A stretch of 60,000 nt of DNA from contig NC_087251.1 of assembly GCF_037042905.1 (NCBI RefSeq), positions 6,450,001 to 6,510,000 of the forward strand, read 5' to 3'. This document shows, in pieces, positions 1 to 22,698 of the stretch (position 1 is the first letter of the stretch; each line of letters begins with the position of its first letter). The DNA is from Lytechinus pictus (lineage: Eukaryota). The notes under the pieces are model-generated. The model had not been told where the DNA came from. It made no database searches and saw only the letters and a program-made list of their open reading frames with translations. The translations under genes and the position numbers were made by a program.

Positions 1-499
1 AAAATAAGAAAGTTATGACATTTAATGTTTTGCATAATTTCACAAAACAGTTATATGCACAGTGTTTGGTATGCAAATGAGGAGACTGATGATGTCATCC
101 ACTCACTATTTCTTTTGTATTTTATTATATGAAATATTCTAATTTTCTCATTGTCAAGTAAAACAAACAATTCCTCCATGAACATGTGGAATTAGCATTG
201 TTTAATGCTACATGTATATGGTTCAGTCAAGTTGGTCCTTATTTTCAAATCTGTAAAAAGTGAAATATAATAAAATTCAAACAATAAAAAACAAAAGAAA
301 TAGTGAGTGAGGGACATCATTGACTGTCTCATTTGTATGTCACTGAGTTGTGCATATCACTGTTTTGTGAAAAATAAGTGAAACTTTAAAATGTAACTTT
401 CTTATTTCACATCCGATTTTGATGAAATTTTTAGCATTATGCTAGTTTGATATATCTTTTTATATTCAAATCAACATTTTTCTGGGGTGGACTTGACCT
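1..499. mobile_element. Non-autonomous DNA transposon (Kolobok-like MITE), left end outside window
   Basis: Ends ...ctggggtggacttgacct followed by TTAA (500-503); internally an imperfect palindrome (ataagaaagttatgaca near 5 vs tgtaactttcttat near 392). Same architecture as the other TTAA/AGG elements in the window. Confidence 0.7.
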
Positions 500-736
500 T
501 TAACCATCTCTCCTGGCTCCTGGTTACTCTTATATTGAGGGGGGGGGGGCTGAGATATGGTATTTTAATACTATCCAAACCCCCAGTTTTAATGGAAATC
601 AAATATCAAACTCACTTTCAGATGGGCTTGCCTGCCAAGTAGGGAATAATTTATTCCCAGTTGAATAGAATTACCTAATTTTCTGAGCCACAGAATACTA
701 ATAGGCATGTTTCACTTTCCATTTTATGATTGTTAG

Positions 737-9841
<9,105 letters not shown>

Positions 9842-11059
9842 ATATAACCTCTACAGCCATCTTTACCCTAATACAAGGAGTCCTTGAGATGTCTATTTCA
9901 CAAAGCAGGTCTCGGTTTAAAGACATACCAGGGAAACAATATGCCAGCCTTGGGGCGATGTTGACCCCCTAAATGCCCTTAAAAACCTAGAAAAACTTCA
10001 AAGAGAGCCCCTGTAATTCCTATTCGTTCTGATGTAAACCTGAATACATTGTATCAAGTTAGGGCTTATGGAAATTACCTACTATACACCTTAGTATATA
10101 TAATATTAGTAAGTATAATATTAGGTGGGTAGGACATTTAATGACCATTTGCCTGGAACCTTGGTCTTATACCAGATGTATTTACAAGTGGTATTGACTG
10201 ATTCATCAGAAATCATTTGCTTTTAAGTCATTGATATGATCGATAATTGATTGAGATAATATATTGATATTGCTATTTTGATACTGACAAAGCTATTCAA
10301 TATCTCATTGTCGTGTAAATGTTTGTAGCATAGTGTAAATATTTATGAAAAATATTATAAACTATACCAATATATCTTCTTGGTAGAGAAAATCCCTCGC
10401 CAAATATTGAGTCAATATAATTGATATGAAATTGATCTTAAGACTGTTGTCAGTCCAAATTACTCTTATAAAGTCATATTTGGTTTCTCATGCACTATTA
10501 AATTAAAAGCTGGAATCCATTCTCGATGGTGTTTCATGTTATTTTGAAGTCATGCATAAAGTTACAATTTGAATATGAATTATATGATTATGATTGAATA
10601 TGTATGACAAATGATGAGGTAAAAAATTGTCCCTACATTTGAACAAAACTGCGAATAATTCACATTTTGTCCAAGAAGTATGCTTTGCTGTAAAACTGTT
10701 TGAATGTCATATCTTCATATTCTAATTTAAGCTATTCTGATGATGAATGAGAAATTTATTTTGGTTCCTATGTTTATCCTGTGTAACAAATCTCTACTCA
10801 TTAACAAGCTAATGTGCGAGATTTAATTCACTTAGAGCAAAAATTACTTGTGGATGCCACTCTGGCTCATGTCAGATGAATCGTGTTGTATAAATGTAAT
10901 AAAGTCTACTTTGTGTGTAGCATTTTGTAAAATTATATTTGATATACCGAGTTTATTGATAAATATCCCATTGTAAGTTTGTAAATAAAGTCTTTTGTAA
11001 GCCTTACCTGTTATTATTTTGATTGATGGTTGCATTGAACATTGTATCCCCTAAGTGTG

Positions 11060-11720
11060 GGTGTGTGTGTGAGAGAGAGAGGATGAGGGAGCCAGAGAGG
11101 ATGGGAAAGAGACAGGGAGGAATGGGTATATAGTGAGAAAGCAAGGAGCGGGAGACAAAGGGGGAGTAGGTTATTTCCATATTATTTTCTCTATTTATAA
11201 AGAGATGTATATTTATTTTTTTCAATGCATATTCTGCAAATTCAATCGTGCACATAATACAACTCTCCGTGCCTCTAAGATGATTGGCTCAAAACATTTC
11301 AAGATACAGGACGAATGAAAGATTTATATGAATATGAGGGATGGGCATCAAGAGGAAGAGAACAAAATGTTGGCAAGAAAAGAGTGTAGATATTGAAAAC
11401 TGTGTGTGGATAGCTAAACTGATGAGAGAAAAGAACAAATACTGAAGATGGAATGACTTGGGGAGTTGAGGAGTGAGAGAGAGAGACAGATGGGTAACGG
11501 GAAGAAAGTGATATGATATGGAGAATATCGAGAGAGGGAGGGAGGGGTGAGGAAGAGACAAAATGGCAAAAATGAATGGAGATAAGGGAAATAGTTTGTG
11601 GATAGCTAAACCAATAAAGACTTGAGGAGATGGGTAACGGAGGGAGGGAAAATGTGATAGGAAATAGAGGCGATCGAGGGGCAAAGAAAAAGTTAAAAAT
11701 CTACGATGACATGGAGTGGA
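11060..11720. repeat. GA-rich low-complexity tract
   Basis: Strong purine bias with (GA)n/(GT)n runs and short degenerate repeats (tgtggatagctaaac x2, agatgggtaacgg x2). Confidence 0.6.
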
Positions 11721-13010
11721 GGGCAAATCAAATTACGCGGTTTCTGAAGAGGAGGTTATGATATTTGCAAATAGTACTTGCTCGGTGAATTTATATTGTT
11801 AAGCACGAAATCAAACACAGCATCGACGAATGTACTACGGTTACACGCAATCAAAAGTATATTGTACGTACGTCTTCACAAAGAACGATTCATTCTAATG
11901 GCCGATAACTACACAAAATATCCAATGATCCATAAGATGTATATAATTATATGCGAACCCCCTCCCTCGCCCATTTCATTTGTTGCCATGAACAATTGAT
12001 GATAACATCATGGTGTGTTGCTGGATTTTTATTTCTCTCCTCTTTCCGGTTTGGCATCTATTTAAAAGTTTGGTTTACATCACTTTGTGATATAGTGTTG
12101 AAATTTTTTTTATTTGCTATTGTACTCAACATTTAGACTTATCTACTTCGTGATGATCTAAATCAATCAAATCTGAATCTATATGCGTCTATAATGAAAT
12201 AAACCAACGTTTGTAAGCACTTCCAGCTTGTTGAAATGGCATCCTGACAGTTTCAAATCATCACGCTTAAGATTAAAGGAGGATGAAACTCTAGCTGGGA
12301 ACAATTTAGTTTGATTGCATGAAACAGAAACGTTAAAGAAATATTGAGAACTAAAAGTTATATCACTAGTGATGTGGACATCCATCGACAATGCAGCAAA
12401 CAAGTTTGATATCAATTATCACATTTGCACAACTCCCTAACTTTACTAGGCCTGCAAATTTCATTTGGGGAATTGTCACTTTCCTCAAGTCATTAAATCA
12501 GACGGTGTAATATGAAAGGAAATCCAATAATGAAGCGAAAATTGTCGGAGGGTGGGCTTGAATGTAAAATAATTAATCTCTAAAACTGGACACCTCCATC
12601 GATGATGAAAACTCTTATTTAGCTCAATGATTTTAATTTGTAAAATTTTCAATGCCTTTTCTTGAGTCGGTGGCATAACAGGGGTAATGTAATTTGAGTA
12701 CCAATCCAATGTACACTTCGAATATCATATGCTTTATTAATATCTCTGAATTTCGGTACGTTGATCGGAATGGACAATCTTGTAGTTATAGATGGTTTAT
12801 TTCTTTATTTAGTTTGTGATCAATATATTCTTAACTTCTGAAGCGAATTTTATCGTGGCGATCGAGTCGGCCTATTCTTCTTATTACATTTGAATCGCAT
12901 GCATGCATGGTAAACCCTCTCAAAAGCTTTTAGATTAGTATCTTACCATAGAGCTATTACATGATGAACGTCTCGCACTGCAGCTCGTAGGTATGATCCA
13001 GTCAGTCATA

Positions 13011-13072
13011 TTTCGACATCATTTGTAATATTTTGACATCATTTGTAATATTTTGACATCTTTTGTAATATT
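13011..13072. repeat. 20-bp minisatellite, ~3 copies
   Basis: ttt(c/t)gacatc(a/t)tttgtaata repeated three times. Confidence 0.85.
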
Positions 13073-14002
13073 ATATCACAAAGGATAGGCCTAACTGTGA
13101 TCTGAAATGGACTATGCCCCCTGGATCAACCTCTAATATACACAAATCGTGTGGTCGGCTCTGAACTGAATCAATAGAAGAAACATCAAACTACAGTATT
13201 CACCGACCGGCCTCGTCCGCACGTGAATATATATTGCATTACTTGCTGTTCATGCGAGTGGGAGCGTTGCAACTATCTGAAGTTGAATATCGAATTCCAG
13301 GATCCTTTTTATGCTCAGTGCATTAGCTGCTGTGAGCCTTGACAACCTGATACAGCTCCCGATACAGCTACCATTACTGTCGACCCGGTTTGCATTGGAC
13401 GTGATTGGTAAGTATATTATCTCCACATCCAGTATGCTTCTCTAAACACTCCAGTCTACCAGTCGTCTACAGGGCCAGTCATAAGGAAATATAGATAAAC
13501 ATCTGAATATATTGAAGGGGTGGGTCAATGTGTCTTATGAATTTTTCAGTGGCATTCAAAAGTCATGATACTTTATTGTCATATACTAAAGTATACAACA
13601 ACAAAATTTCGGGCATAAAAGAATGAGAAGATGAGAATAAAACAAATTGTCCTAATTCCCAATTCTATAACAACAATGCCAAAAGAATTTACCCAAAAGA
13701 TACAAATAAGAGGTTTTGACGCTTGTCTTGGGTGCGTGGGGTATAGCACCAAACACTATCTATTTGTAATTGTTTTATATATATGTATTATATATGGATG
13801 GATGGATTTGGAAATAAATGCATGGGTTCGGTAGCAATTGATGCTGCATGCCACCAAAAAAGTAACTTATTTTTTCTCACCCACCCGCCAGCCCTTTGTA
13901 TTTTTTGTTGGCGAAGTTATTTCGCAATATCTCGTAAGCCAAAATGGATTTTAAGGTTAAAATTGCTTATATCACACAGAGAATGCTTATTTTTTTACTT
14001 TA

Positions 14003-14005
14003 TAT

Positions 14006-14042
<37 letters not shown>

Positions 14043-14050
14043 ATATATAC
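14003..14050. repeat. (TA)n microsatellite
   Basis: Direct reading. Confidence 0.9.
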
Positions 14051-14577
14051 TTTATATTACTATATATTTTGCTATGCTCACCCTGTATCAAATTATAGGC
14101 CTAGTTCAAACTTCAAAGATAAATTAAACGAAAGAAGCACAAGTAAGCTGAAATAAGAGTGTAAATGCAGTTCGATTTCGTAAAGAAGACATATCCGGTG
14201 AGCAAAATGAGCTAATCTATACTAAATGCTTTTAGTTATCCTGTTCTATATCGTCTGTGAATTAGATGACGAAATAAAAGTTCTTCTTTTATTCATGTGA
14301 TTAGGAGAATAATTTTCCTTACTGGCTTTATATACTTTATATCGTAAAATCCAAACGAAATTATTTCCGACCATCCAATAGTTATGCCTATTTTAAAAGT
14401 CAGGAGCCAAAAACAGAGTCAAAGTTTATAGACAAGTGGCAGTGACCAAATAATGAGGTTCTCCATGTCGTTTGTTTCTTTTTGTCAGAAATCCCACTTT
14501 TTTCATAGCATCATTATGATGCGGGTATTTTTGCTTGATCACTTTGCTGACTCACGAATAATACATATAATAAACAT

Positions 14578-14840
14578 CGGTGTGTTGGCTCAGTTGGTAG
14601 AGCGTCCGTCTCACAACCGGGAGGTCGGGGGTTCAAACCCCGGCCGCGTCAGACCAAAAGACGTTAAAAGATGGGAGTTGCTGCTACCCTGTTTAGCGTT
14701 TAACGATTAAAGGGATAGAGCTTCGTCGATCTGGCGCTGCACAGCGGCTGCCGGGCCCACGATCATTGGGCAAAGCAAATTTTCGGAGTATTTCATTTCA
14801 TGTCTATTTCGAACAATAAATTATGGATTTTCATTTTTTT
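14578..14840 (+). mobile_element. tRNA-derived SINE (Val-CAC-like head, Meta-domain-like body)
   Basis: A box TGGCTCAGTTGG, loop CTCACAA, B box GGTTCAAAC; acceptor stem does not pair; continues gtcagaccaaaagacgttaaaagatggg...; (tttca)n tail. Confidence 0.85.
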
Positions 14841-15122
14841 CATAAATAATATGGGTTAGGGTTGGGTCATCATTACAGCCCCCCCCCCCCCCCTCTTCCC
14901 GATCAAATTTTCCTAGAGATGCCCCTGCTCAAGGTATTCAACTCATTTCATATCGTTAGTGGGTTTCTAAATGTGAAACGTAATCCATATATGTAGTAAG
15001 CATTATTTATGCCTTTTGACATGTAGCCTTAAGACCTAATAAAAACATTTTTTGTTTGTTTAATTTTCATATTTTAACCATAGCATCTGAAGATTTGATC
15101 GCCAGTCATTGGAAGCAATACG

Positions 15123-18100
15123 ATGTCCGGGGTTTTGCGAGTTGTCCTTTTCATTTTCATGGGTGGTTTGGCCATGCAGTGGCCTATCACCCAGCATCTA
15201 ATCTTTGACATGGCTTGTCATCGCTTAGGCTATTCAGATGATGTTTGCTCCGATCTTGGCAACCACACGGACGCTGAACACGCTGTACAGGGCCAAGCCT
15301 CTACCATAATGACATACCAATCTGTCTTCTGTGATATTCCTGGAGCAGTGGCGTCCCTTATTCTAGGAGCGCAAAGTGACAAGGTTGGACGAAAACGGAT
15401 CATGCTCCTTCCAATAATGGGCGTGACACTTCTGCTTGTGATCCTGCTTCTAGGTTCAATGATACATACGACGTCCATCGTCTTCATAATGGCCAGTTCT
15501 GTTGCTTTGGGTATCAGTGGTGGAATAGGTACCTTCATGAGCACAGTCACTAACTATATCACGGACATCACCCCTGAAGAACAACGGACTGAGACACTAA
15601 GTAAAACTTTACCGTTCATGGGGTTAGGTGTCATCGTAGGGCTTATCTCCTCTGGTATCCTAACCCAACAACTCGGGGTGTCAGCGGCCTATTTCATAGA
15701 CTTTATCTTAATGTTAGTAGTGCTCTACCTGGTTACCTTCCACCTTAAGGAGTCTAAACCAACCACTGACAAGTCCAAGGATACCACATCTCATCCGGAA
15801 GATCAGTCTCAGGGCGTCGGTTCCGCCATATGGGAAAACCTGACCGCTGGTGTAAAAGTATTCACGTCTGAGAAAGATGGCTTCGTCAGGATTCAGTTGG
15901 GAATGATAGTTCTGCAAGGCATGGTTGGATTTGCGATTATGGTTGGTAAGTTTTTTTTTCTGACCCCAACATGACATGACCCCATATAGATTGTGGTTAA
16001 AGACCCATTCCACAGAATGGATCTAGACCAATTAAAGACCAACCATTGGCCATGAATTTTAGCAGTTTCCAAAATCGACATGTAGTCTCTGTTGAATGGC
16101 TCTGAATAGGCCTACCCCTGAAACACTACTGAAAGACTAAAAACAACTTTCCTAGTTTTTCAAATTTGGACCTCGAAGGTAGCTGACATTTTACTGGGAG
16201 ACTAATAAGACCGTTAAGAGATCATGTGGCACACTGTCAGAGATCTTTGAATGATCAATAAAGATCTCTTAAAAGTGACCAAGACACCCCTCCGAGAATT
16301 CTGAAATACTGACTGATACTTGTCTTCAGTGGCGTAGCTACGGGGGGGGGGGGGGGGGCCTGGGGGCACATGCCCCCCCCCCCCCCCGGTGCCCCCCCCC
16401 CCCCCTAAAAAAATTGGCAGAGCAAAAAAAAAGGGAGAAAGAAGAAAAGAAAAAAGGAAAAGAAGGAGAAAGACAGAAGAAAAAAAGAAGAGGAAAATAA
16501 GAGGAGGAAGACGAGTGAATAAAATAATGTGAGGGGAAGACTTGCAAAAAAAAAAATCTTTCACGTTACTATATGAAATTTTTGCTTGCGCTTCGCGCCA
16601 GAATTGCCTGTTCGATGATATTCATATCTTGCTCAATAGGCTGATATGGAGCAAGTTTTGAAGTCAATATACAAAACATTTTAGCTCGGACATCGAGCTT
16701 TCATTATTTTTTTTTCATTTACAAATTTAAGTGCTCTGTAAAATGTCCGTTTTATGGTCTACATATCAGCATTTTAAGCTCACGCTGCGTGGTCACATTG
16801 TTTGATTTGCCAAGTTCCTATTGTCTACGTGTATTCCATAAAGTTCCATTAAATAAATGTATTCAGAATGCCCAGATTCTAGGTCTAAATCTAAAACATG
16901 CGCGATAGCCTGCATGTTCTTTATTTAAAATGTACTTATAAATTATCCATTTTCACATCAGAATGTCAACAATTGTCTGATCACGCTTCACGATCGCATT
17001 ATTAATGATACCCAATTAACTATATCCTATTTATGATTTACAAAACATGAATAGAGTGTCCCGCTTTTAGGTCTAAAATCTCAATTTTCTTCCTTTCGCG
17101 CTTCGCGCTCGCATCAATATTGTTTATTTACAGACCTATCCCGTTTATTAATACAAAAAGTGCTTAGAGAATGACCAATTTTTTAGGTCGGAGTGTCAAA
17201 AAAAATTGCTCGCGCTTTGCGCTCCCATTATTGAAATATATACCGTCTTCGTGGGTAACTGTAAGCAGTCCTTAACATGTCCCTTTTCGATAATGCTAGA
17301 ACAGTTAATAAAAATTTCTGCTCGCGCTTGGCGTTCGCAGTAATCATCTAGTTACATACGAATCTTGTTCAGGATCATACATAACATTGCCCAGAATATT
17401 AGATTTTCAGCACAAAATACATGAAAGTTAAAAAAAATCGCTCGCGCTTCGCGCTCGCACTTTTTATAAGGCTTATGAGATTATTTAATGTTTATGTTGT
17501 TTTATAAGAATAAAACTAAGTAGTGACTGATCGGGGAAAATATAGGTGAAGATAATTTCGGGCCCCGTCCCCTATTGGAGAAAGTCGGATCCGCCCTTGT
17601 GACACATACACACACACCGGAAAAAATGGTGCCCCCCCCCCTGAAAAAGCAAGCCCCCCCCCCCCCCCCCCCCAGGAAAAAAATCCTAGCTACGCCACTG
17701 CTTGTCTTGTCCGGTTGAATTCAGACTGGCGTTCTTTCAGAGATCTTTCTTTCGACAAATGATATTTCGATGGACTTTCTATGGTCTTCCGATTATTTTC
17801 TTTCAAGGATCTTTCAGCAGTTTTTCAGGGATTTCCACAAAACGATAGATGTTCGAGGGATCTTGGGAAGTCTAACATTTTAAGTTCATCCATAGATCTC
17901 TGAAAGACCACTGAAAGACCAATTTCCTGAAAGACTGTTTTAAACCATTTCGTAAAGTTTTAGAGCCCATGGAGACCAAGAAGATCGCTGGGAGATCGGT
18001 CCGTAATCGCATAAGACCTCAAAGATCATTGGAAATGATTAAACAATAAAGCAAGTTATAGATGGTCCTTCAGGAGTTATTCAGCGCTCGCGCTTTCTTG

Positions 18101-20111
18101 GAATGGGGATTTTAATTAACTTTGGCTGCACGCGCACTTAATATAACTAACCTTGTTCTTGCAAGTTATAGACCACCACCCCAACTTCAAATTCAAGACA
18201 TTATGATCATTTTAATGTTATCACATATAGTGTTTGAAATAGTGGTAGATCTTATTCTCTCGGGTACCCATACTTTGATGACAAAATATCCCTACTAAAC
18301 TGGTCATGTTGGATGGTGAACTTAACTTATGGGTTCTTTTGCTAGCGGTTAGATAGGTAGGCGGATATGAGGATGTGTTTGTAATTGGCTGTATAATAAA
18401 TCCCTCAATGTGACAAATTAATTTCTTTTCTTTCCAATCCAGCCGAAGGTAATTTGTTGATGCTGTATACGAAGAAGTCACCCTTCACCTGGTCTCCATC
18501 TATGTACTCCATCTTTACCGCAACTAAGAATGCACTAGGCATAGTAGGGCAAGCCGTAGGAACCATTCTGTTCTTTAAAGTGATGGGCGCCAAGTCTATC
18601 AGGAATGATTTCATCTTGCTTTTGATGGCATCGTCTGCTGGGTTTGCCATAAATTTCATCGTCGCGTCGGCAACAACCACCACGATGATGATGATGAGTG
18701 AGTATCAAGATCGGTGAAAGGATGGGGGTATTTGTTGGTCGCTAAATTTGTGACATAGTTATTATTTTATCAGTATAGGAAAGCTGGAAAATCTGGAATG
18801 TATCCCTTAGGTAATATCTATTATAGCATCAATCATCATGGTTTAAATATTTACCCCGGTCGCCGAAAGAAATTATTATTGTGGTAATGATTAGTATCAT
18901 CCCTTCTCTTGCCTTTCTTCTTCTTGCCCTTTCCTATAGCCCTATTTCCTTCTTGTTTTGTATTGTATTTGTGCTACAGGCATATCCCGCCACAAGCTTT
19001 TTGCATTTAGGGAATTATGCCTTCTTCTGTTAACAAATCTTTTATATATATTTACATTCTTTTATGATCATTGAGTTTGTATGGATTATTGTAAATTGAT
19101 ATCTTGTGAAAATGGAAGAAAATAAATAAATTGAAAAAAAATATCATGATGATCATCATCACTTTCTGCGTTTAGTGTAACAATTAGCCGCAATAAAAAA
19201 AAACTGTTATATAAATTTTGATGATTACAGCTACAGCTCTTGTTATGTTTGCTACACCTGGACAATCAGCAGCTGGTTCCATAACATCCAAACTCGTCAA
19301 CCCGGAACATAAAGGTAACTAGAATGCATCTTAAACGTTATGGAGAATCCATCAGCGCTAACAAGGGGTGATAAAAGACGCTGTATACCCCCCTCCCCCC
19401 AAAAAAAATAATAATGATAAAAGAAATAAATAAATGATGATAAATAATTCTCCCTCTCTCCCCCTCTCTCTCTTCCCCCCTCTCTCTCTCTCTCTCTCTC
19501 TCCTATCTGTTTCTCCATCCTTCCTAAATCTCACACTTGTCTGAAAGGTGGGGTCAGCTAGGGAGGTATAGTTTCCCCCTTCCCCCTGAATACGCCAGTA
19601 AACCCTCTTGCAAATTTGTAATTTGGCGTGAGGAGCTTTATTGTTTATCAAAAAGTTGCATTCCTAACACGAGTCTACACGACTCTTTTCCCCTTTCTCT
19701 CCCTTTCCGTATATTAATTCTACAGGTGCGTTCACATCTCTAGGTACCTTCCTCAACACAATCACTGTACCCATAGCAGGATTCATTCTCAATAGTATAT
19801 ATTCCTACACAGTGCATTATTCACCAGGTATTGTCTTTCTTTGTATAGCAGCAGCACATGCAGTCATTCTAACAGGAAATGCGTAAGTATATTTTAAAAC
19901 CTTCGTAAAGATTGAACAATTATATATGTATCATTGATTAATTATTTTAAAAAATCGGAACACATAACAATAACCATGATAACTATTCACTATAAAATGA
20001 TTGGATTGATCTTGTTCAGATTAAACATCGTGCATTATCGTTAATTATATTTTCAGATATGTGGTCCTATTTACGAAGCGAGAAGCTACCCATGGCGAGA
20101 AGACAGACTAA
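15123..20111 (+). CDS. SLC46 (proton-coupled folate transporter-like) MFS transporter, paralog A, ~457 aa
   Basis: Exons 15123-15945, 18443-18697, 19231-19314, 19726-19882, 20057-20111 join in frame (1374 nt) with GT-AG sites. MFS motif SDKVGRK, YITDIT, YTKKSPFTWSP, SKLV. Probable 5'UTR exon ending at donor 13408, acceptor 15083. Confidence 0.9.
16004..18107. mobile_element. Non-autonomous EnSpm/CMC-like element hosting a nested hAT-like MITE
   Basis: Termini cccattcca / tggaatggg with 2-bp TSD GA (16002-16003, 18108-18109); many aaagacc/agatct subterminal motifs on both sides of the nested insert. Confidence 0.6.
16327..17700. mobile_element. hAT-like non-autonomous element with G/C tracts
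   Basis: TIR cagtggcgtagcta / tagctacgccactg, perfect 8-bp TSD cttgtctt (16319-16326, 17701-17708); internal gctcgcgcttcgcgctcgc repeats. Confidence 0.9.
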
Positions 20112-20169
20112 ACTCATGATGCCTTTGTATATGATATTGAGATCAGTATGGGGGTGTACTGTACATTAA

Positions 20170-20753
20170 AGGAGAATGAAACCCTTGAAACCAGCTGAAT
20201 CCATATCAAAGAGAAAAATCAAAGAAACATATTGTTGAAAGTTTGAGGAAGATTGAATGAATAATAAGAAAGTTATGAGCATTTGAATATTGAGATCACT
20301 AATGCCATGTAGATCCTCCAATTGGCAATGCGACCAAGATCTGTGATGTCACACACGTACAACTCCCTCATTACTTTAGTACTTATTTCACTTATATTCT
20401 CACTTTTATAGAGTCTATCACAAGGTGAGGTGTTCTCTTTATGAGAGGACAAGTACAGAGGTTTCACAACATTATATCATTGATGAATCGTTTGTCATAT
20501 GATTAGAATGAGCAAAAAGAGATGTTTTGGGGTATATTTTCAGTGTCCAAAAGGGGAGAGTTGTTCATCTGTGACATCATAGGTCTTGGTCGCATTGCCA
20601 ATGGGAGGATCTCCATAGCATTAGTGATCTCGACATTCAAATGCTCATAACTCTTCTATTGCTAGTCCTATTTTACTCCAACTTTTGTTGATCTTATTCT
20701 TTGATTTTTCTGCTTTCACAAAAGCTTATTTGCTCCAAGAGTTTCATTCTCCT
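20170..20753. mobile_element. Kolobok-like MITE (copy 2, inverted relative to 8395-8972), in the probable 3'UTR of SLC46 paralog A
   Basis: TTAA TSD (20166-20169 / 20754-20757), TIR aggagaatgaaac. Confidence 0.9.
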
Positions 20754-20978
20754 TTAAACAAAATTTGTAGCTTTATTATGCTAAACTCGGGACTTGTGGA
20801 CTATTATAATCGAATATCGTAAATGAAATAACATGGAGTAAATGTTTACAGGATGGGATTACAGCTGTAATCATATAGCTTTGTATTTATGCATTTTTAT
20901 AGTTTTATGTGCATTTGACTATATTTCATGCAGATTAACATTTTGACGGAGATCACTTCTAGAAAATACCAAAGATAA

Positions 20979-21117
20979 GGGAGCGTTTCATAAAATGACT
21001 TGTCTGATGTTTTATCCAACAGTTGCCATATGAACTGTGATTTCGGCCAATCAGAATCAAGGAAATCATAAGATCCATCAACTTGTGTGACGGAAAAATG
21101 TTAATGAAACGCTATCC
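20979..21117. mobile_element. Small decayed MITE
   Basis: Inverted termini gggagcgtttcat / atgaaacgctatcc. Similar decayed short MITEs at ~926-1073, ~3297-3396, ~6490-6660 and ~21122-21252. Confidence 0.55.
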
Positions 21118-21572
21118 AACAGGGTCACATAACCCAAATGCTTACAATCAATCTGTAACAACAAAAATATTATGGTTCAAAAGTCTTACCAATCAGAAAG
21201 AGTTTTTAATTTTTTTTTTGTATTGATTGTAAACTTGTTATTATGAGGCCCCTGTTCTAATTGATAAAAATGTAAATTATACCAGCTATATAGGCTGGAT
21301 GTAATTTTTCAAGTTTTGTGATTGATTTGTCATTGTAATATGTATGAGATTTATGTATATCAGATTCTGAATTTCAATAAACTGAAGAAAAAAATGACAG
21401 ATATTTCGTATCCAGGTTCTTATTGTTTTAATATCTAAGGTCCACCTCTTACGTTATTATACTGTGTAACACGTGTAACACCGTATCTGCATCTTACATA
21501 ATTATTCGATCTTGAAATCATGCAGCTGAGGCATTTTACAGATGGGGGGCCTATTAGGGGCATGTCCTGGAC

Positions 21573-21686
21573 CAGTGGCGGACCGTGACCTGGAGGAGAC
21601 AAAACATTGGAGGGGCACAGCATTGTTCACAAACAATACAGTGCCCCTCCAATGCTTTGTCTCCTCCGGGTCACGGTCCGCCACTG
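21573..21686. mobile_element. 114-bp hairpin hAT-like MITE
   Basis: Two 55-bp arms (4 mismatches) around a 4-nt loop; CAGTGGCGG termini; 8-bp TSD tcctggac (21565-21572, 21687-21694). Confidence 0.92.
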
Positions 21687-21972
21687 TCCTGGACCCCTCC
21701 CCCCAATAAAATAAAGAGGTTCCGAGACCGAGGTTAAAAAAGGATATTGAGAATAGGAAAGGAAATGAAAAAGAAGAGGGTACAATTGTAAAGGCACTTC
21801 ATACACCGTGCGGTTGTAATTGTCTATTTGGCATTCCATAATTTTATCGTCTGCGAAGATTGTAATTTTTGGCCCAAAACTGGGGCACGTTATGGCGATG
21901 GAAAAGGAATTGCATCGTTAATCGGCATATTATTTATGCCTGCCTGAGACTTTGGTAACAAGTGGCACAGTG

Positions 21973-22698
21973 GTAAGCATAAATAGAACTTTTAGGTTTA
22001 ATTTCAAGAGAACTCGCTCAGTATGCATACAGCAATCAGTGTTATCCTACTGTAGAACTTCAATAGCTCGTGTATCAGATTGATGCATTGTACGCATAGT
22101 GTGCAGGTCTTTGTGTAGTACTATAATTATGAATATTTGTTTGTATGGAAATATACAGAAACTCTTAATCAGTATCGAATTTATTGTGTAATGATAACTC
22201 AACTAGATTAAACTCAAACCTCAGTCCTGAGGAAATAAGCACTCAAATACGCCAAAACTTGATATAAGATGGTTGACATTACATTTATTGCTCACATAAC
22301 ATTTTTGCAATTACATTGTCTATTTAAGCTGTTTTCGACACCCATTGTATACAGTTAAATACATTTACAAATATTCCTTATTTGTAGGATATCAGTTTAG
22401 AGTTTATTTCTAATTTTCACAACACTTAGTGTATTAAATACTGGACAGTATTGCTATTATGATAATTTAAGTCCAATTACTTTAAATTGAAGTTAATTGT
22501 TATTCACCTTAGTATAATGTTTAGACTCATAATACAGTGGAACCTTATTATTAAAGGCACTGATGTGGCAGACTTTACCTATAACAATGTATCTTCTCTC
22601 GTCCCAAGTGCCTCGTTATAATGCAGTTGCACTGTAACATGCTTTGATATGATGATATACTTATGTTGGATTTTGTTCATTTGTTTGTTTGTTTATAG
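21973..22698 (+). other. Predicted 726-nt spliceosomal intron inside the LTR
   Basis: Donor TG|GTAAGC (the only GTAAG I found in the LTR), branch-like CTTAT 22660-22664, T-rich tract ttgtttgtttgtttatAG; spliced junction is complementary to the PBS-position sequence. 3' LTR equivalent 30692-34440. Confidence 0.6.
22535..22634. mobile_element. Decayed Tc1/pogo(Tigger)-like MITE embedded in the LTR (second copy 34277-34376)
   Basis: TA-cagtggaaccttattattaaaggcact ... agtgcctcgttataatgcagttgcactg-TA: imperfect TIRs with TA flanks. Confidence 0.6.

Noticed and set aside
11289..11726. 145-aa minus-strand ORF
   Set aside because: Low-complexity product of the GA-rich tract.
14579..14652. tRNA-Val(CAC) gene
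   Set aside because: Acceptor stem does not pair and the sequence continues into a SINE body; the same applies to the tRNA-like heads at ~4675-4746 and ~34891-34960.
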